Positions 40,239 to 51,169 of a stretch of 64,000 bases of DNA are shown here, in pieces. The stretch comes from an uncultured Candidatus Saccharibacteria bacterium. Its GTDB lineage: Bacteria; Patescibacteriota; CAZHWT01. Location of the stretch: positions 177,232 through 241,231 of the forward strand of contig CAZQWH010000002.1 of the NCBI GenBank assembly GCA_964597145.1, given 5' to 3'. Position numbers and translations under genes: made by a program. Numbering within the stretch: position 1 is the first letter of the stretch; the number at the start of each line of letters is the position of its first letter. Below the pieces are notes generated by a model that did no database searches, was not told the origin of the DNA, and saw only the letters and a list, made by a program, of their open reading frames with translations.

Positions 40239-41312
40239 CTATGGTTGAGCTAGAACCATGCCATACATGACTTGTCGAGCCCGCTGCGACCAATCTCCCG
40301 AGAAATTAACTCGCTTGCCGTTAATAGTCTGTCGAAGAGCCTCACTTGGGGTAACCTCTTCTCGAGCAAACATAAGGGCAGAGTCTTGGTCGGAGAAAAT
40401 GTATATCCCTCCAGACAAAGACAGTGTGACGCCCCTTGGCCGAGCAATTACCCAGTAGAAACTGGTCTGGCGTAACACTACTCTAATCACCGCTCGATGA
40501 GCAAAGTCTTGGACACCTCCCAAGCTCACGTTGAAACCGTTATGTTGCAGAGTCTGAACTAGCTCAGATTCATACTCTGGAGCTCGCTTCAATTGGTCGG
40601 CCTCAGGTAACGGTTGATCTCGGTTGGGTGGATCTTGATGAAAGACAATCTTTAAATCAGCTTTGATCTCGTCCCACCGCCATCCAACTACTCGTCGAGT
40701 GAATTGTTCCCACTCAACCTCAAGAATGTTCCGTAAAGCCCGCGGCTCCAATCGCTTACGCGCGCGCCGACCAACTGGCCAGGTAAAGGGAATCTCAATC
40801 GTACCATCGGTTACTACGTGACGGGCATAATCGGGGCCAAAAATACCTTTAACCAGTGGCAACTGCACGGTAGACTCCAGCTTGCTCTCCTCTCTCGGCT
40901 CCTCCACGGTAGATGAAGATGAAATCAGGGCGGACGCCGCCGCCGCGGTCGGTCGAGATGGCGGGTGTGCTGTAGTTGGATAAGCCCGATTAGCCAACCA
41001 TTGTCTAACCTGACGGTAGCTCAGTGTGTCAGTACCCACCAGAACTTGAGGGTAATAAACCTCTATACCAGTCATGGTCCGGGCTTTCAAGGGTATCGGC
41101 GCTACCTCATACCATGCCCCTTCCACTTCGAACCGCAAAACCTCAATCTGTTTGGATTCACCAATCTGCATGGCTGGCCCATGGACTATATCGGGCCAAA
41201 TTAACTTATAGCCCCCAGAGATCGTATCTTTGCCTGGTTGGCTAATGTAAAAGCCGTTGGGCCCACGCATGATAGTTCGAACCTGCCGCTTGACTTGACC
41301 AATCTTGGCCAT
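40239..41312 (-). CDS. Hypothetical protein (ORFan)
   Basis: 357 aa; AGGAG RBS; terminator GCAGGGTG/CACCCTGC at ~40190-40218. Confidence 0.8.
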   Translation of the reverse strand: MAKIGQVKRQVRTIMRGPNGFYISQPGKDTISGGYKLIWPDIVHGPAMQIGESKQIEVLRFEVEGAWYEVAPIPLKARTMTGIEVYYPQVLVGTDTLSYRQVRQWLANRAYPTTAHPPSRPTAAAASALISSSSTVEEPREESKLESTVQLPLVKGIFGPDYARHVVTDGTIEIPFTWPVGRRARKRLEPRALRNILEVEWEQFTRRVVGWRWDEIKADLKIVFHQDPPNRDQPLPEADQLKRAPEYESELVQTLQHNGFNVSLGGVQDFAHRAVIRVVLRQTSFYWVIARPRGVTLSLSGGIYIFSDQDSALMFAREEVTPSEALRQTINGKRVNFSGDWSQRARQVMYGMVLAQP

Positions 41313-41485
41313 CCCAAATGCTCCTGGCTACAACATGAGTAACGAACACTTATATTATAGTGTGACTGTCAATTAATCGATCAATACGTAATGATACTTA
41401 GGCAATTTCATAAAATTGATGGTTGCATTATGGTGTATTATTTGATTATAGTTAATAATAATATGCTTGGTTGATTTTAATTATT

Positions 41486-42394
41486 ATGCCGATGCAACAT
41501 GTTAAACAAACAATTAATCATGCTAGACATACTCGTCCAGCTTGGTATCACGAGTATCACCAATGGCCACATCATAAATCTCTCCATTGGGCCACGTTCA
41601 CTATTTCTTCGGCGGTCATTTTGCTGGGGTTAGTTAATGTTGCCTATCTAATGAATCAAAATCCACCCCTGCAAGTTGCCAACGGCGCCGAAACCATTAC
41701 GACTCAGGAATTAACCTCTTCCACCCTCTCTATCGGCAGCCAACCTACCGCCTCTCTCAGCACCGCAACCGTCAATTCAACTGCATCACAAAATACAACA
41801 GGTAATTTAGGTACCGTTACCATTACCGACGACCGTGGCTCTGGCGCTGGGTGGTCGACAACCGCAACGGCTTCGCATTTTACTGCAATTAATGCCGCGG
41901 TTATGACTTCGGGTGCTAATAATACAGTTACCTCGGGCGGAAGCTACGACAACGCCAGCGGTGGCATCTACACTATTACCATCGATGGAGCTGGAGACAC
42001 TGGTGTTGCAACCTTTACCGTAAGTGGGTTAGAGACCGCCAGCACAACAGTTACAGGCACCGACATAGCTATTGGCACCCATGGGGTGACTGCTACCTTT
42101 GCTTCAGCCAGTTATGAAGTTGGCGATCAATGGACTATCCGGGTAGATATTATTCCAGTCACCGGCTTAACCATGACTCCTTCTGTCGTCACCACCATAG
42201 CCGGATCATCAACCGGTGTCACAGCGGGCAGCCAACACACATTCTCAGATACCACCGATCCGACAACTATCATGTCTGCTTCCAGCAATAACGGAATGGG
42301 TTCCTACTCCAACAACCCAGCCTTAGAATTAATTATCCCTGCTAACTCGTACGCCAACACCTACTCTGCAACTATTATAGAAACAGTAAACTAA
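41486..42394 (+). CDS. WxL-domain surface protein
   Basis: TM, then TDDRGSGAGWSTTA, GMGSY, L.IPAN.YANTYSATI.ETV. Confidence 0.75.
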   Translation: MPMQHVKQTINHARHTRPAWYHEYHQWPHHKSLHWATFTISSAVILLGLVNVAYLMNQNPPLQVANGAETITTQELTSSTLSIGSQPTASLSTATVNSTASQNTTGNLGTVTITDDRGSGAGWSTTATASHFTAINAAVMTSGANNTVTSGGSYDNASGGIYTITIDGAGDTGVATFTVSGLETASTTVTGTDIAIGTHGVTATFASASYEVGDQWTIRVDIIPVTGLTMTPSVVTTIAGSSTGVTAGSQHTFSDTTDPTTIMSASSNNGMGSYSNNPALELIIPANSYANTYSATIIETVN

Positions 42395-42396
42395 GC

Positions 42397-44007
42397 ATGG
42401 CTTCTTCATCTTCGATTCGTACATCGATCACTCTGGGTATAACCTTGGCCGTGACAATGGTGTCTGGATTAGCAATACAACCACCTTCAGCATCGGCTGC
42501 CGAAACTGGCCGTTTGGGTGCCCACCCAACCACGTTCGATGCGACTAACCCGTACTCTCGCTCCTGGTTTATCTACTCTTTGCCGGCAGGCCAAACTAAA
42601 ACCGACTCAGTCACGGTTGTCAATCAAACCGACAGTGCTATCAACGTTAAGTTATACCCAGTTGATGCGACAACCACCCAAGATGGCACCTTTGCTCTAA
42701 GAAATGAGAATGAGCCGCGAAAAGACGTGGGTGCCTGGGTTAAACTAGCTAAATCGGAAATAACTTTAGGGCCAAAGGATCGTCAGGAAGTAGCGTTTAC
42801 CATTACTATTCCCGAGCATGCCACCATTGGGGATCATGCTGGTGGAATAATTATTCAAGAGGCAAAGCCTACGCAAAAGCAGCACGATGGCATGCACGTC
42901 AATATCGTATCTCGACTCGGAGTGCGCATATATCAAACGGTTCCCGGCGACCAACAACTCGATTTATCCATTACTTCATTTGAACAGATTAAAAACCAGG
43001 ATGGTTCCCACTTTAGATTTACGTTGAGTAACAACGGTAATGTATTTTTGGATCCAGATGGAGAAATTGATATTAAAGATTTGTGGGGTAAGACTGTTGA
43101 AACCATTAGCTTAGATAATTTGGGCACGGTTGTTCCCGGCAAGCCACTTACTACTACTGTAGCATCCTCACTCTCACAGCCTTTCTTACAGCGATACCAG
43201 GCGACACTCCAAATAAACTATAGTCCGACCAAAGCCGCGAGCAAGCAAATCTCATTCTGGTGGGTAAACTGGCCACTCGTTACGCCGCTTGGGGCAATAC
43301 TAGTCTTAGCCGGTATTGGTGGCTTAGTCGTAGTCTTTAAGCGACGACAATCACTCCTAAAAGATGCCAATCTCGAACTCGTACCTAATGAGCATTCTGT
43401 AGGTCATTGGGTAGATTTAGCCCGGCAACAAAAAGTTGAACAGCTCATTAATCGCGATAAACATCAAGTATTGGTAGCCGACAAAGAGATTGACCGCGTA
43501 TTCTTAGCCCACCACATCCGACTCATTGTGGCCAGTATTCTCGTCGGAGCTATCGGCTTTAGCGTAGTGGTGGCCATATTTTTATATAACTTTTCCGTGG
43601 TGGTTATGGGTAAGAATACCCAGCCAAATCAAACTATAGCAAAGTCAGCTCCACCAACTCCAACAGCAACAGTCCAACCATCAGCAAGCCACTCGGCCAC
43701 ACCAAGCGCTACTCCTACTCCAAATATAACGCCCATACAGAAATCATCCATTGAAATAGCCGTTTTAAATGGTAGTGGCCGGCCAGGCATAGCCACCACA
43801 GCCGCCAACGCTATTAAAGCAGCCGGCTTTACAGTTACCACTATTGGCAACGACTTTAACGCAGGACTATCCGAAACAACCATTCGTTACCCCAAAGGCC
43901 AGCACCAAGCGGCCGAGCTACTATCTGATGCGTTGCAATCTCTCTACCCATCAGTATCCCTAACAGAAATCAAGGATAATGACCAATTCACTCTAATTGT
44001 GCTCTAA
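42397..44007 (+). CDS. DUF916-type WxL-interacting protein fused to a LytR C-terminal domain
   Basis: Signal peptide; WFIY.L.AG....D.V.V.N, FTITIP.....GDHAGGI, NNGNV; two TMs; VLNGSGRPGIA LytR_C. Confidence 0.8.
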   Translation: MASSSSIRTSITLGITLAVTMVSGLAIQPPSASAAETGRLGAHPTTFDATNPYSRSWFIYSLPAGQTKTDSVTVVNQTDSAINVKLYPVDATTTQDGTFALRNENEPRKDVGAWVKLAKSEITLGPKDRQEVAFTITIPEHATIGDHAGGIIIQEAKPTQKQHDGMHVNIVSRLGVRIYQTVPGDQQLDLSITSFEQIKNQDGSHFRFTLSNNGNVFLDPDGEIDIKDLWGKTVETISLDNLGTVVPGKPLTTTVASSLSQPFLQRYQATLQINYSPTKAASKQISFWWVNWPLVTPLGAILVLAGIGGLVVVFKRRQSLLKDANLELVPNEHSVGHWVDLARQQKVEQLINRDKHQVLVADKEIDRVFLAHHIRLIVASILVGAIGFSVVVAIFLYNFSVVVMGKNTQPNQTIAKSAPPTPTATVQPSASHSATPSATPTPNITPIQKSSIEIAVLNGSGRPGIATTAANAIKAAGFTVTTIGNDFNAGLSETTIRYPKGQHQAAELLSDALQSLYPSVSLTEIKDNDQFTLIVL

Positions 44008-44063
44008 TCCGCACCCGCTGTTTTTAGTCTGTAAAAGTAGAGACCGTACACACCACCACCCAT

Positions 44064-45017
44064 TTAGGCAGATTCCAATTGCATTTCATGGGCAAATTCT
44101 CGTTGTTTTTGCCTGGCTTGGACTGCCAGGTCCTCATTTTGGGCTTCAAGTAAGGTAATTTGCTGCTCAATCCACCATGGCACTACCGTCCGGTATCGAA
44201 GAATAAGTGGCACCTGGACAATGCCCATGAACAACCCTGCAACCACATGCCAGTCCTTAAAAGATCGCCTCGCTAGCTTAACCAAGACATAAGCCACCTT
44301 GCGCCACGGTCGCCGCATAACCGCTACCTGCACCTGATTACGCGCGCTCAACCTTTGCCGCTGAGCCACATTGGTGCGCGGTGCTGGATAATGGCATCCT
44401 ACTATATCTTCACAGTAGGTTAACCCCCAACCGGCCGCGGCTAAATCTATACCCAATAATTCTTCTTCACCGCTAAAATAACTAGTCCTGTTATAGCCTT
44501 GAACTGCCATAAAGGCCTTTTTTCGTACCATAATTCCGCAACCTAAAAAGCCTAAAATAGCCGGTCCAGGCATTCGAGTATAGGGGGTTAATGGACTAAT
44601 CGACTGTAAAGCCGAAATTGGATCCAACATACGTTGGTTGTTAACCACTATCTTCCCTGCAATTAAACCTAGATCAGGATACTGTTCAAAGTAGGTTACC
44701 GCCTTAACCAATGCTCCTGGTTCCCACCACGAATCATCATCGCAAAAGGCGACATAGGGTGTAGTCGTACATTGCACCCCAAGGTTGCGCCCAATCGCAT
44801 AGTGGTTTTTAGACAATGGAAGTAGCGTAACTTCGGGGTAATATTTTTTTATCAAAGTAACGGTGCCGTCCGTAGAGTGGTTATCTACGACCAAAATAGG
44901 AAATTTCTCCGGCAATTGTCGAAGGTGCTGCAACGTGCGCACCAACGATTTGGCTCGATTTCGAGTTATAATCACGACACTAATACGCTTGGTTAGGTCA
45001 ATTTCTCCTTGGCTCAT
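44064..45017 (-). CDS. GT2 glycosyltransferase
   Basis: SVVIITRNR, VVDNHSTDGT, RNLG, FCDDD, GEE. Confidence 0.92.
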   Translation of the reverse strand: MSQGEIDLTKRISVVIITRNRAKSLVRTLQHLRQLPEKFPILVVDNHSTDGTVTLIKKYYPEVTLLPLSKNHYAIGRNLGVQCTTTPYVAFCDDDSWWEPGALVKAVTYFEQYPDLGLIAGKIVVNNQRMLDPISALQSISPLTPYTRMPGPAILGFLGCGIMVRKKAFMAVQGYNRTSYFSGEEELLGIDLAAAGWGLTYCEDIVGCHYPAPRTNVAQRQRLSARNQVQVAVMRRPWRKVAYVLVKLARRSFKDWHVVAGLFMGIVQVPLILRYRTVVPWWIEQQITLLEAQNEDLAVQARQKQREFAHEMQLESA

Positions 45018-45366
45018 GTCTAAAACCTTATATATAGTTGGATAATTTTTAGTATATAGTTATTGTATTGTTTTGTCTAATTATGGGTTTAGATTGTAGT
45101 ATAAAAATGGCTAACATGCGCCAAGAAGGCTGCTTGATAAAATATATCCATTATCAATCATTCTTGCTGCTATAGTGGCGAGAAAATTAACTTAGGTTAT
45201 AAAGAATTTGATACTAATGAGAGGCTCAGACACAGCAGTTAGATAGTAGTTAGGAGACAGGAGTTCGAAAGTATTACTCCCCCTCTCCTTCGACCTCCGA
45301 TCCCCTACCTCCAACTTCCCATCTCCAATCCAAAAGAGGTTCGTCCTTAGCCGATACTTTTAAACT

Positions 45367-45395
45367 TTGACCTTTCCCTTATAGGTTGTTACACT
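45367..45395 (+). promoter_or_regulatory. sigma70 promoter giving a leaderless glycerate kinase mRNA
   Basis: TTGACC, 17 nt, TACACT, 6 nt, ATG. Confidence 0.65.
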
Positions 45396-45401
45396 GAATG
45401 C

Positions 45402-46694
45402 ATGCCTGATCAATTCATTCAAAATTATGCTGCGTTAGCCACTAATGATCAACGGCAAGTAGTACTTCAGTTAATTGAGGCTGCTTACGATGCCATCCAA
45501 CCGCACAACGTCATTGACCGTTCCGTCCAACTAAAAGGCCAAGTCCTTCATTTAGACCAAAACACTTTTGATCTATCTCAGTTCAATCGCGTCTATTTAG
45601 TTGGTTTCGGCAAAGGATCAGCTGGAATTGCCGCCAAAATTGAGGCCATTTTAGGTGATCATTTAACCCAAGGCTGGGTAATAGATGCCAGTCAGACTCA
45701 GTTAAAAAAGATTGAGTTTACTCTCGGCACTCACCCCCTCCCCTCCCAGTCCAACCTCGATTTTACCCAAAAAGTAATTACCTCACTCTCCGATTTATCA
45801 GAAACCGACCTAGTAATCGTGTTAAGTTGCGGTGGAGGTTCGGCTATGTTTGAATACCCTGTATCGCTAAATCTGGAAGGGATTATTGGCGTCAATAAAG
45901 CCTTACTGCAATCAGGGGCAAATATTTCCGAAATGAACGCGGTACGTAAGCATGTATCCCGGGTCAAAGGGGGCGGGCTAGCTAAAGCTCTCTACCCTGC
46001 CACGATTGCCAACCTCCTATTCTCTGACGTGCCCGGCAACGATCTAGCGGTCATTGCTTCTGGACCAACAGTTAAAGATCCCAGCACTATCCAAGACGCG
46101 TTGGCTGTGCTACAAAAATACAATTTAGCCGATAAGGCTGGTTTATCAGAGTCAAATTTTACCGAAACCCCAAAAGAAGACAAGTACTTTGCGAATCTGC
46201 ATAATATTTTAATTTTAAGCAACCGCACAGCCTTGGCTGCCATGCAGAAAAAAGCAGCCAATCTAGGGTATACTGCCGAAATCTTTTCCGACAAGTTCCA
46301 AAGTCAAGCCAAAGATGCTGGCAAAGCATTGCTCGAGGCTACCCAGCCAAACACTATTTTAGTAGCTGGAGGCGAAACTACGGTCCGTATTACCGGAGAG
46401 GCCGGCCAAGGCGGACGTAATCAAGAAGTAGTTCTAGGTGCACTAACTCACCTAGAACCAGGACAAGTTATTTGCTCATTCGCTTCTGATGGTTGGGATA
46501 ATACGCCCGTTGCCGGGGCTATTGGTGACCAAGAAACGATAGCGAAAAGTAAGCACCAGCATCTCGACCCTCAAGCCGCGCTAGACCAGCATAGTAGTCT
46601 TGCATTTTTTACGGCTACAGCTGATACTATACAAACAGGCAGGCTAGCCTCAAACGTGGCTGACCTGTACATCGTACTGAAGGGTAAAGGGTAA
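45402..46694 (+). CDS. Glycerate 2-kinase (DUF4147/MOFRL)
   Basis: GFGKG, THPLP, GGGSA, RKHVS.VKGG.LA, SDVPG, GGETTV, GGRNQE. Confidence 0.92.
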   Translation: MPDQFIQNYAALATNDQRQVVLQLIEAAYDAIQPHNVIDRSVQLKGQVLHLDQNTFDLSQFNRVYLVGFGKGSAGIAAKIEAILGDHLTQGWVIDASQTQLKKIEFTLGTHPLPSQSNLDFTQKVITSLSDLSETDLVIVLSCGGGSAMFEYPVSLNLEGIIGVNKALLQSGANISEMNAVRKHVSRVKGGGLAKALYPATIANLLFSDVPGNDLAVIASGPTVKDPSTIQDALAVLQKYNLADKAGLSESNFTETPKEDKYFANLHNILILSNRTALAAMQKKAANLGYTAEIFSDKFQSQAKDAGKALLEATQPNTILVAGGETTVRITGEAGQGGRNQEVVLGALTHLEPGQVICSFASDGWDNTPVAGAIGDQETIAKSKHQHLDPQAALDQHSSLAFFTATADTIQTGRLASNVADLYIVLKGKG

Positions 46695-46795
46695 AGCGCA
46701 AAGTACAAAACCATAGCCAAAAAGTTAAAGCTTTTAGACTTGAGTTTTGGTTTTGAGTTTTGCCTTTTAAACTTTAAGTTAAATTTTTACTGCCC

Positions 46796-47659
46796 ATGAT
46801 CGCCGAACTCTACGAAGATAAATTACAACACCTCAATCAAAAAGCCGTCGAAGCCCGAAAACTGGTAATTACAACCCTGCTCCAAGCTGGCTCTGGACAT
46901 TCGGCCGGGCCACTTGGCATGGCTGATATTTTCACTGCACTCTACTTCCATATACTCCAACACGATCCCAAGCATCCTAACTGGCCAGATCGCGATCGGC
47001 TTCTACTATCCAACGGCCATATTTGCCCCATCTTATATGTATCTATGGCCATGAGCGGCTATTTCCCAATTGAAGAGCTAAAAACGCTACGCAAACTCGA
47101 TTCACGCCTGCAAGGTCATCCTCACCGCACCATACTACCTGGGGTGGAAAACACATCTGGACCATTAGGCGAAGGCATTGCTCAATCAGTTGGCATTGCC
47201 TTAGCTGGCAAAATGGACCGGCGCAAGTACCATGTCTATTGTGTTGCTTCCGACGGCGAACATCAGGAAGGCAATACCTGGGAGGCTTTGCAGTTGGCAG
47301 CTAAATACAAGCTAGATAATCTAACGGTCATCATTGACCGCAACAACATCCAAATAGACGGCTCAACCGAAAGCGTATTACCACTTGAACCTTTTGCCGA
47401 AAAATACCAAGCATTTGGCTGGGAAGTTTTAGATATTGACGGACATAATATGGAAGCAATTATAGACGCCTGCCGCCATGCTCAATCTATCACCGAAAAA
47501 CCGACCGTCATTATTGCCCATACCATCCCTGGTAAAGGAGTCGATTTTATGGAGCGCGACTATACCTGGCATGGTAAACCACCCAACCAAGAACAAGCCA
47601 AAGAAGCCCTAAAACAACTTCGCACCTTGAAAGGTAGAATTACTAGCGAAAGCGAGTAA
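46796..47659 (+). CDS. Transketolase, N-terminal (TPP-binding) subunit
   Basis: SGH, DRDRLLLSNGH, LQGHP, SDGEHQEG..WEA, HGK. Confidence 0.94.
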   Translation: MIAELYEDKLQHLNQKAVEARKLVITTLLQAGSGHSAGPLGMADIFTALYFHILQHDPKHPNWPDRDRLLLSNGHICPILYVSMAMSGYFPIEELKTLRKLDSRLQGHPHRTILPGVENTSGPLGEGIAQSVGIALAGKMDRRKYHVYCVASDGEHQEGNTWEALQLAAKYKLDNLTVIIDRNNIQIDGSTESVLPLEPFAEKYQAFGWEVLDIDGHNMEAIIDACRHAQSITEKPTVIIAHTIPGKGVDFMERDYTWHGKPPNQEQAKEALKQLRTLKGRITSESE

Positions 47660-47732
47660 AGAGGTTACAGCTGCCAGGTTTCTGGTTACAGCCTCTGATA
47701 CTTGACACCTGAAACCTAAAACCTAAAGCATT

Positions 47733-48728
47733 ATGTTAAATCCAGACTTACACTTAAACCAACACCTTTTTGATAAACAGGCCGAGGCCGCGCCTACTCG
47801 CAATGGGTATGGTGAAGGATTAATGGCCCTAGCTGAGTCACATCCAGAGGTGGTAGCCCTGAGCGCTGACTTAACCGAGTCAACTCGGACCGAGGCTTTT
47901 GCCAAAGCCTACCCGGATCGATTTGTTCAAGTAGGTGTAGCCGAGCAAAATATGGCCGCCGTAGCTGCTGGCCTAGCCGTCAGTGGCAAAATCCCGTTTA
48001 TTGCCTCGTATGCCACTTTTTCCCCTGGTAAAAACTGGGAAACAATCCGTACGACGGCCGTGTATAACCAAGCCAACGTCAAAATTGCCGGCCATCACTC
48101 TGGTATCATGACTGGTCCCGATGGGGCTACCCACCAGGCCACCGAAGATATCGCCATTACCCGGTGCTGGCCAGATATCACCATTTTTGTGCCCTGCGAC
48201 AGCCTGGAGGCCCAAAAAGCCACTATCGCCGCCGCCAACACAAACGGCCCGGTTTACCTACGTTTTAGCCGCGATAAAACACCAATAATGACCACCACTA
48301 AAACACCCTTTACGCCCGGTGACGTCCAAGCCTTCTGGCTCGACGATCAACCAGAGGTCACCATTTTTGCCTGTGGGTATATGCTCCACTATGCCTTGCT
48401 TGCAGCCAAAGGCCTAGAAGCCCTAAATATTAAAGTGCTCGTTGCCAATATTCCAACTATAAAGCCAGTCAACATCAAACAAGTAGTCGAATTTGCCAGC
48501 CGATCAGGCGCAGTAGTTACAGTGGAAGATCATCAGGTAATGGGCGGCTTGGGCGGCATGATAGCCGAAACACTCAGTCAACACCAGCCAATGCCTATCG
48601 AATTTATTGGTCTACAAAACACCTTTGCCGAATCGGGAGACCCAGCCGCGCTAGTCGAGAAGTATGGTATGGGAACCTCAAGTATTCAACAGGCTGTCAA
48701 ACGGGCCATGAAACGCAAGAAGGAGTAA
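47733..48728 (+). CDS. Transketolase, C-terminal subunit
   Basis: ADL..ST, GVAEQNM, GPDGATHQ, GPVYLR, TVEDH..GGLG. Confidence 0.94.
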   Translation: MLNPDLHLNQHLFDKQAEAAPTRNGYGEGLMALAESHPEVVALSADLTESTRTEAFAKAYPDRFVQVGVAEQNMAAVAAGLAVSGKIPFIASYATFSPGKNWETIRTTAVYNQANVKIAGHHSGIMTGPDGATHQATEDIAITRCWPDITIFVPCDSLEAQKATIAAANTNGPVYLRFSRDKTPIMTTTKTPFTPGDVQAFWLDDQPEVTIFACGYMLHYALLAAKGLEALNIKVLVANIPTIKPVNIKQVVEFASRSGAVVTVEDHQVMGGLGGMIAETLSQHQPMPIEFIGLQNTFAESGDPAALVEKYGMGTSSIQQAVKRAMKRKKE

Positions 48729-48732
48729 CCGA

Positions 48733-50394
48733 ATGGATCAAGTATTAATCGATGAGCTAAAAACAATAGTCAAAGGGTCGGTCTTAACCGATGAATCGAA
48801 TCTTAAAACCTACAGTCATGATGCCAGCCTATTTGAAGTTACTCCCCAGGTCGTGGTTTGTCCCGAAGACGAAGAGGATGTCAAAGCTTTAGTCCGTTTC
48901 GTGGCTAAGCACAAACCAGATCATCCGGATTTATCTCTTACCGGCCGGGCAGCCGGTACCGACATGAGCGGAGGCTCCGTTAACGATTCAATTCTGGTAT
49001 CGTTTACCCAACATTTTAATAAAAAGCCAGAGATCGACGTGAAAAATAAAACAGCCACTTTCCAACCCGGCATGTATTATCGTGATTTTGAGAAGGCTAC
49101 ATTAAAGCATGATCTAATCTTCCCTTCATACCCCGCTTCTCGCGAGCTATGTGCCATGGGCGGCATCGTTAATAACAACTCGGGTGGAGAAAAATCGCTT
49201 AAATACGGTAAAACGGAGCGTTATATCACCGAGGTTACCTTAATCCTCCGGGATGGGAATGAATATACCTTTGGTGAAATTACTGAGTCTGAGCTTGAGA
49301 AAAAAATGAAGCAAAAAGACCTTGAGGGTGAAGTGTACCGGGAAATGTACGCCCTGATTAGTAAAAATTATGACAAAATCATGGCCGCCAAGCCCACCGT
49401 CAACAAAAACTCAGCTGGCTACTTTTTGTGGAACGTCTGGGATAAAGACAAGAAAACATTCAATCTGGCTCAAGTGATTATCGGATCTCAGGGCACCTTC
49501 GGCTTAATGACCAAAGCTACAACCCGGCTAGTTCCTACTACTTCGCACCATCACATGATGGTAATATTTCTCTATGATCTCAAAAACCTGGGCAAAATCA
49601 TTGAAACCGGCCTAGCCTTGGAGCCAGAAAGTTTTGAGGCGTACGACGATAATACTCTAAAACTAGCCCTCAAGTTCTTCCCCGAGTTTGCCAAATTAAT
49701 GGGGGCCAAAGGCTTTATAGACACAGGCTTTAAGTTTATACCCGAATTTCTCCTGGTTGCCCGCAAACATCGATTGCCTAAGATGGTCTTACAAATTGAA
49801 TTCACTGGCGATGACGAGCCAGCCATAGACGGTAAAATGGCAGAACTAGAATCACGGCTTCGTCCGCTTAACGAAACTATGCGCACCGCTATTGATGACG
49901 AAGGGTTAAAGTACTGGCTCATTCGCCGGGATAGTTTTAGTCTGTTACGCAAGAAAGTGCATAACCTACATACCGCTCCTTTTGTCGACGATTTCTCTAT
50001 TCCTCCACAGTATCTGGGTGAATTTTTGCCCAAGGTTAACAAAATGTTTAAAAAGTACCCCCACTGGATCTACACCATTGCTGGTCATGTCGGTGATGGT
50101 AACTTTCACATCATTCCCTTAATGAAAATTGAAGAAGAGCGCAATCGCAAAGCCATCCCTATCTTGAGTAAGAAGATTTATGACTTAGTGCTTAAATATG
50201 GCGGAACCATTGATAGCGAACATAACGACGGCTTAATTCGAACACCCTATTTGGAACAGCAATATGGCAAAGATATCGTCAAACTCTTCGAACAGACCAA
50301 GGATATTTTTGATCCCCAAAATATCTTTAACCCCCGCAAAAAGGTCCGCTCCAGCCTAGACTATGCCATGAGTAAAATTCGAACTAGCTGGTAG
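48733..50394 (+). CDS. FAD-linked oxidase (GlcD / D-lactate dehydrogenase family)
   Basis: RAAGTDMSG, GSQGTFG, GHVGDGNFH, EHNDG..R, FDP.NIFNP. Confidence 0.9.
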   Translation: MDQVLIDELKTIVKGSVLTDESNLKTYSHDASLFEVTPQVVVCPEDEEDVKALVRFVAKHKPDHPDLSLTGRAAGTDMSGGSVNDSILVSFTQHFNKKPEIDVKNKTATFQPGMYYRDFEKATLKHDLIFPSYPASRELCAMGGIVNNNSGGEKSLKYGKTERYITEVTLILRDGNEYTFGEITESELEKKMKQKDLEGEVYREMYALISKNYDKIMAAKPTVNKNSAGYFLWNVWDKDKKTFNLAQVIIGSQGTFGLMTKATTRLVPTTSHHHMMVIFLYDLKNLGKIIETGLALEPESFEAYDDNTLKLALKFFPEFAKLMGAKGFIDTGFKFIPEFLLVARKHRLPKMVLQIEFTGDDEPAIDGKMAELESRLRPLNETMRTAIDDEGLKYWLIRRDSFSLLRKKVHNLHTAPFVDDFSIPPQYLGEFLPKVNKMFKKYPHWIYTIAGHVGDGNFHIIPLMKIEEERNRKAIPILSKKIYDLVLKYGGTIDSEHNDGLIRTPYLEQQYGKDIVKLFEQTKDIFDPQNIFNPRKKVRSSLDYAMSKIRTSW

Positions 50395-50446
50395 GCATAA
50401 GCACAGATTTGGCCACTCAAAGTCTATAGATGTAAATTAACAGTAG

Positions 50447-50471
50447 ATACCTCGTTTCGGCGAGGTATTTT
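50447..50471 (+). terminator. Rho-independent terminator
   Basis: ATACCTCG / CGAGGTAT followed by TTT. Confidence 0.7.
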
Positions 50472-50554
50472 GCTGTCTGATCCTCGATATTTGACTAAAG
50501 AACTCGTGCTATAATACCCGCGAGCAATTCTGCTCTCAGAAGAGGGACCGAGGC

Positions 50555-51169
50555 ATGGACAGACAAAGAGTTCCATATCATGTAGAAGATCCACGGCTTC
50601 AGAGGTGGGTCGCCAAAGGCCTATGGCCAGATTGTCCTGATTGTCATGGATTGTTGGCCGCTAGAGTGGGGCCAATACCACCGCTCTTTCCCAGAGATGA
50701 CGAAGTAATTGATCCAGTGGAGATTCCGTTTCCCTGTCCTACCTGTCAGAAAAGAACGATCGAAGCGGGCTTTGAAATACCTCGGCATTTCTGGAGTCGC
50801 GGACCAAGCGTACTCTATGGCACCTGGCCAGACTGTCCGTCATGTGCAGGGGCAGGCGGAAGATGGTACAAGTCGAGCTGGGATGGCCATCGTTCAGAGC
50901 GAGACTTGGATCATTGCCGAAATTGCAGGGCCAGAACGAGAAAATTTCAACTCAGCCACCCAACTGAACTGGACCACATCTTAGAGCAGCAGGAAGAGGA
51001 GGCTCGGTCACATCTCACCAGCTGGCACCGTTTGCACCAAGAGCTAAAAGAGACTGAATCGATCCTGAAAGAACTCAACCAGAAGCACAGCAACCAGCTT
51101 CGTGAGCCCACCGAACAGCTATGGAAACAGCTACGCTCATCAAGATTGGTAGGCTCTGACTCCAGCTGA
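50555..51169 (+). CDS. Hypothetical Cys-rich (4x CxxC) zinc-finger protein with C-terminal coiled coil
   Basis: CPDC, CPTC, CPSC, CRNC; TGcTATAAT and GAGGGA upstream; terminator downstream. Confidence 0.7.
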   Translation: MDRQRVPYHVEDPRLQRWVAKGLWPDCPDCHGLLAARVGPIPPLFPRDDEVIDPVEIPFPCPTCQKRTIEAGFEIPRHFWSRGPSVLYGTWPDCPSCAGAGGRWYKSSWDGHRSERDLDHCRNCRARTRKFQLSHPTELDHILEQQEEEARSHLTSWHRLHQELKETESILKELNQKHSNQLREPTEQLWKQLRSSRLVGSDSS

